A model generated the notes under the pieces. That model was not told the DNA's origin. It worked only from the letters and a program-made list of their open reading frames with translations, and did not search any database. The translations under genes and the position numbers were made by a program. DNA of 12,826 bases from Octopus sinensis (Eukaryota), in contig NW_021826491.1 in the NCBI RefSeq assembly GCF_006345805.1, positions 1 through 12,826 of the forward strand, in the 5' to 3' direction. Positions 8,369 to 12,826 of the stretch are shown here, piece by piece; within the stretch, counting starts at the first letter, position 1; each line of letters starts with the position of its first letter.

Positions 8369-8402
8369 CGACTTATAGCTACATTATATATATATATACA
8401 TA

Positions 8403-10716
8403 ATCAAAAACATCAAGCAGAACTCAAAAGTGTTCTGTCCTTATGCAAATAAGCATAGAACCGCTGTCTCACCCATTAGGCCATTGATCGATAACGGCAT
8501 TCCCCGACACGATGCTAAAGAAATGGCAGAAATACTGCAGAAACAATACTGCTCTGTCTTTTGTGATCCCACTGATATTGATGTAAGAGAAGCGAACGAA
8601 GTTGATTCCAAACAAAAAATCTCGGACATAACCTTTACTGCCTCTGACATCATAGCAGCAATAAATGAGGTCAAATACTATTCTGCTGTAGGCCCTGATA
8701 GATTCCCCGCTAGTTTCCTGAAGGAATGTAAACACCAACTTGCAGTCCCTCTGACCAACCTCTGGAGAAATTCTTTAGACTCAGGTTATATACCGAAACA
8801 GTGGAGGCGCAATGGCCCAGTGGTTAGGGCAGCGGACTCGCGGTCATAGGATCGCGGTTTCGATTCCCAGACCGGCGTTGTGAGTGTTTATTGAGCGAAA
8901 ACACCTAAAAAGCTCCACGAGGCTCCGGCAGGGGATGGTGGTGATCCCTACTGTACTCTTTCACCACAACTTTCTCTCACTCTTACTTCCTGTTTCTGTT
9001 GTACCTGTATTTCAAAGGGCCGGCCTTGTCACTCTCTGTGTCACGCTGAATATCCCCGAGAACTACGTTAAGGGTGCACGTGTCTGTGGAGTGCTCAGCC
9101 ACTTACACGTTAATTTCACGAGCAGGCTGTTCCGTTGATTCGGATCAACCGGAACCTTCATCGTCGTAACCGACGGAGTGCTTCCATCCCATACCGAAAC
9201 AGCCTCTAACCCAGTCTGTCATCCCGGTTTTCAAACATGGAAATAGATCCCTCGCAGTCAACTATCGCCCAATTTCACTTACCCCCCACATTATCAAAGT
9301 GTTTGAAAGAGTGGTAAGATCAAGGATTGCTGGTTTTCTGGAGACCCACAAACTCCTAAATGCAAATCAGCATGACTTTCGCTGTGGCAGGGACTGTCTA
9401 ACACAGCTCTTACACCACATTGAGGATACACTTAAAGCCTTGGGAACAGGTTCGAACTCTGATGTCATATATCTTGACTTCAGTAAAGCGTTCGACAGGG
9501 TTGACCATAATATTTTACTCTCAAAATTGGCAAATGTTGGAATCCGTGGAAAGCTTCTACACTGGATTGAGTATTTCCTGGCGAATAGAACACAACATGT
9601 TGTGGTCGATAGAGTTCACTCAAGCTCAGAAAAAATCACCAGTGGTGTCCCTCAGGGGACTGTCTTGGGCCCGCTCCTCTTTATAATCTACCTAAACGAC
9701 CTTTCCAGCGTCGTAAATCACTGCAAAGTGAAAAATATTTGATGATGACACTAAGCTCCAGCAAATCATCAATGAAGAAGAAGACCAAACTCAACTCCAG
9801 TCTGATCTATATGCGGTGAGTCAGTGGACAGACAAAAACAAAATGCAACTAAACGAGGGAAAATTTGAGCTGATGCATTTTGGAAGAAAGACTATACTAA
9901 AACAGCCATACTCTCTTCCTTCAGGGGAACCGCTCACAGCGTCTAATAATATCAGAGACCTAAGTGTAATTGTTGATAACAATCTCAGTTGGAGTGCCCA
10001 CATCTGCAATAAGGTCGATATAGCTCGTAGGAAGAGCTCCTACATCTTAAGAACAAGGTGTCATCATTCCACTTTTCTCCCCCTTTGTACGGCCACACCT
10101 CGAATACTGCTGCCCCCTGTGGTCTCCCCATACAAAACAAAACATCTCGAAAATTGAATCACCCCAGAGTGCACTCACTAGACGAATTAAAGGCATGACT
10201 GCTCTCGATTAATGGGGCCGCCTTAAAGCCTTGAAATTCTACTCTCTCCAGCGCCGCTGCGAACGGTACATCATTTGCACGATGTGGAGAATATGCCGCC
10301 AGCATTGCCCAAACGACCTGAGCATTAGCTTCAATGTTCATCCAAGGCTGGGACCACGGGCCATACGTCCCCTGCTCAATTCAGCATCACAACATACAGG
10401 TACACTGCGACGCAATTTATTTTCCTCAACAAGCCCTGCCCTGTTTATCATTGTCCCAAAACTTATCAAAGAGGAAAAGGATCCCATCACCTTTAAGCGG
10501 AATCTGGACAAATATCTTCAAGGAATACCAGATAACCCACCTATACCTGGATACAACTCACTCAACAAGAACTCACTACTTGAATGGACCATAATACCAC
10601 AAAACTTGACTTAAAAAGGATTTAGATAATCATTTCAGGTGATTTAGATAATCATTTCAGTTAGACATGGACTGGACCAATCTTTGGTTGAAACATATCT
10701 AAGTTTTATTTAAGTT
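8403..10716 (+). mobile_element. 5'-truncated, inactivated CR1-like LINE (reverse transcriptase region and C-terminus), interrupted by a SINE
   Basis: IKNIKQNSK...EMAEILQKQYCSVF; AVGPDRFP; NYRPISLT; YLDFSKAFDRVDH; SGVPQGTVLGPLLFIIYLND; frameshift ~9735 with the catalytic motif read as FDDDTK; LQSDL...W...N; RPHLEYCCPLWSP (second frameshift ~10080); TAA 10210-12; YSLQRR. End stop at 10614; 20-bp duplication in the 3' UTR (10619-38/10641-60). The 3' boundary is approximate. Confidence 0.93.
8802..9190 (+). mobile_element. Full-length tRNA-derived SINE (389 bp) with 12-bp TSD
   Basis: A-box TGGCCCAGTGG 8813-23; B-box-like GGTTTCGATTCC 8856-67; TSD ATACCGAAACAG at 8790-8801 and 9191-9202. Possibly one of the octopus tRNA-derived OK/OR families (unverified). 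Confidence 0.92.
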
Positions 10717-10809
10717 TATATATATATATATATATATGGAAGTATGTGTGTGAGCGGATGCGTGTGTATGTACGTATGTATGCGTATGCAAACGTGCGTG
10801 TGCGCAGAC

Positions 10810-10845
<36 letters not shown>

Positions 10846-10882
10846 GCACACACACGCACGCACACACACACACGCACGCACT
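10717..10882. repeat. (TA)n followed by TG-rich then CA-rich alternating purine/pyrimidine tracts
   Basis: Direct reading. Confidence 0.88.
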
Positions 10883-11171
10883 CAATCAATCACTCACTTT
10901 CTTATATATGATTGTTTAAGTCGTTCGAACGAGTGATTTATTTGCTTATCTATTCTTTGAGGTAGCGAGTTAAGTGGTTAAATATTCTACAGACGCGTGT
11001 TGAGGTAATATTCAGACAGGTGTAATACATCCGACAGAAGTCTTTACACATAGTGGCATGAGGCTTGGGCTGACGGGACACTGTGGTTAGAAATATTTAT
11101 TCAAATCCCGGAGTCGCATCTTGACAAAGGTGTTTCACGTTAAAGAAGTTACCATAAACAAAACTCTCAAA

Positions 11172-11597
11172 AGGCGGCAAGCTGGCAGAATGGTTAGCAC
11201 GTCGGGCGAAATGCTTAGCCGTATTTCGTTTGCCGTTACGTTCTGAGTTCAAATTCCGCCGAGGTCGACCTTGCTTTCATCCTTTCGGGGTCGATAAATT
11301 AATTACCAGTTAGTTACGCACTGGGGTCGATGTAATCGACTTAATCCGTTTGTCTGTCCTTGTTTGTCCACTCTGTGTGTAGCCCCTTGTGGGCAGTGAA
11401 GAAATGGGTATTTCTTCTGCCGTTACGTTCTGAGGTCAAATTCCTGCCGAGGTCGACTTTCCCTTTCATCCATTCGGGGTCGTTAAATTAAGTACCAGTT
11501 ACGCACTGAGGTCGAAGCAATCGACTTAATCTGTTTGTCTGTCCTTGTTTGTACCCTCTATTTTCAACCCCTTGTGGGCAATAAAGAAATAATAACT
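11172..11597 (+). mobile_element. SINE dimer (full unit 11172-11407 plus 5'-truncated unit 11408-11597) inside one 11-bp TSD
   Basis: Head GGCGGCAAGCTGGCAGAATGGTTAGC; B-box-like GAGTTCAAATTCC; core CTTTCATCCTTTCGGGGTCGATAAA...ACCAG present twice; TSD AAACTCTCAAA at 11161-71 and 11598-608. Confidence 0.88.
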
Positions 11598-11751
11598 AAA
11601 CTCTCAAATAAGTGTGCGTGGGTGTGTGTGAAAGAGAAAGAGAGGAGGGGGGGCTTTTACATATGTAAAGAACATGACAATTACTGAGTAAAGGAATCAA
11701 TTACAAGAGTAGGTCTTCAGGTTTATAATGATTTTATTAACCTGCTTCTCA

Positions 11752-11851
11752 ACTGCGTAGCACTTTAGGAAAGTGTCTTCTACTATAGCCCCAGGCCGAC
11801 CAAAGCCTTGTGTGCGGGTTTGGCAGACTGAAACTGAAATCCATTGTGTGT

Positions 11852-11888
<37 letters not shown>
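11752..11888 (+). mobile_element. Internal fragment of another SINE family with a (TG)n tract
   Basis: GCACTTTAGGAAAGTGTCTTCTACTATAGCC...GGCCGACCAAAGCCTTGTG...GAAACTGAAA resembles a recalled abundant cephalopod SINE body; tRNA head absent. Confidence 0.6.
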
Positions 11889-11890
<2 letters not shown>

Positions 11891-12012
11891 TTGCTTTTCG
11901 TGCTTTCGGGATCGATAAAATAAACACCAGTTGAGTACTGGGGTTTTTGTAATCGACTATTCCCACCCCACACCAAATTTCAGGCCTTGTGCCTATAGTA
12001 GTAGGATTACTA
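11889..12012 (+). mobile_element. 5'-truncated SINE sharing the central core of the 11172/12373 family but with a different 3' tail
   Basis: CTTTCGGGATCGATAAAATAAACACCAGTTGAGTACTGGGG...GTAATCGACT, then ...CAGGCCTTGTGCCTATAGTAG instead of TAATCCGTTTGTCTG...CCCCTTGTGGG. Confidence 0.7.
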
Positions 12013-12084
12013 TAAAGACCAGGGCTCAGCATTTAGAGTGAGATAAATATATTGACTACATGCAAGTGACACAAGAGAAAGAGA

Positions 12085-12690
12085 TCTTACATTACATATC
12101 ACCGTAGTCTGGCTGACCGCTGGGGCACCATTGATGACACTGCGACCAGATACCCCCACCCGTCTCTTTCTTCTGCCCCTCTCACTGCCTCTTTCATCTT
12201 TAGGCTTATCCACTCACAGATGCTATATTCCCACTTCTTCCGCTGTCTGCCTCTGCGCCTGCCACCCGCGACTGTTCCTTGAAGGATTATTTTGGTTTTC
12301 TCTAATGAGCGGGGGAAATGCCCAAACCACCCGAGCTTGCGGTTCTTTATTGTGGTGCGGTTCTTTAATTTTAGGGCGGTGAGCTGGCAGAATCGTTAGC
12401 ACGCCGGGCAAAACGGTATTTCGTCTGCTGTTACGTTCTGAGTTCAAATTCCGCCGAGGTCGACTTTGCCTTTCATCCTTTCGGGGTCGATAAATTAAGT
12501 ACCAGTTACGCACTGGGGGTCGATATCGACTTAATCCGTTTGTCTGTCCTTGTTTGTCCTCTCTGTGTTTATCCCCTTGTGGGTAGTAAAGAACTAAGTT
12601 CTTTATTGTGGTGAGAAGTTCTTCATAGGGCCCTATTGACTGCCTTATCCCTCTTTTTACTTCTTCATCTGTGACACGAAAAGGAACTTA
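12085..12690 (-). mobile_element. RTE-clade LINE 3' fragment (RTE-1/BovB-like), interrupted by a SINE
   Basis: With 12358-12613 removed, the minus strand reads VTDEEVKRGIRQSIGPYEELLTTIKNRKLGWFGHFPRSLEKTKIILQGTVAGGRRRGRQRKKWEYSICEWISL...EERDGW...VPQRSARLR* (stop 12101-12099). An FEMK-like remnant near 12745 suggests it may extend further. Confidence 0.9.
12373..12597 (+). mobile_element. SINE monomer (same family as 11172) inserted antisense into the RTE
   Basis: Same head and core with a small internal deletion near 12412; 16-bp TSD GTTCTTTATTGTGGTG at 12342-57 and 12598-613. Confidence 0.92.
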
Positions 12691-12826
12691 GAGGTATAAA
12701 ATAAGAGGTTACAGGTTGACAGGTGGGTGTCAGCACGTTTCATTTCAAAATTCACAAAGACGGAGAGAATGATATATTCATGTTCATATAAATACCTGTA
12801 CATTACTACACATCACAGGTATACCC

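Noticed and set aside
8130-8378. ORFs with 31-aa repeats; possible CRISPR-like array
   Set aside because: They follow from the 93-bp period. There are no unique spacers or cas genes, and the context is eukaryotic.
8802-8876. Possible tRNA gene
   Set aside because: It is the head of a TSD-flanked 389-bp SINE and the cloverleaf is incomplete.
9299-10614. Functional reverse transcriptase gene
   Set aside because: 5'-truncated, SINE-interrupted, two frameshifts, an in-frame stop and an altered catalytic motif.
12010-12513. ORFs 12010-12213, 12131-12382 and 12223-12513
   Set aside because: Off-frame or antisense readings of the RTE fragment and the inserted SINE.

Overview
AT-rich, repeat-saturated eukaryotic non-coding DNA with no recognisable host gene. 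The SINE types and extreme microsatellite load resemble an octopus/cephalopod genome (inference from recalled repeat consensus, not a search). Almost all long ORFs in the track are microsatellite artefacts. Supported content: a 1.7-kb (CATA)n array with hidden higher-order structure; two dead RTE-clade LINE 3' fragments; a non-autonomous Helitron unusually bracketed by a ~47-bp direct duplication; a 5'-truncated dead CR1-like LINE split by a tRNA-derived SINE; several copies of other SINE families; and a 93-bp tandem repeat carrying four CRE-like/CCAAT modules at a fixed 19-nt spacing. The most interesting region is 5343-7085. It holds three type I hammerhead-ribozyme motifs of two sequence families on the + strand, two of them inside ~222-bp direct repeats 1.52 kb apart, interleaved with two long inverted repeats. 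This looks like a Penelope-like/retrozyme-like locus. All alignments, folds and counts were done by eye.
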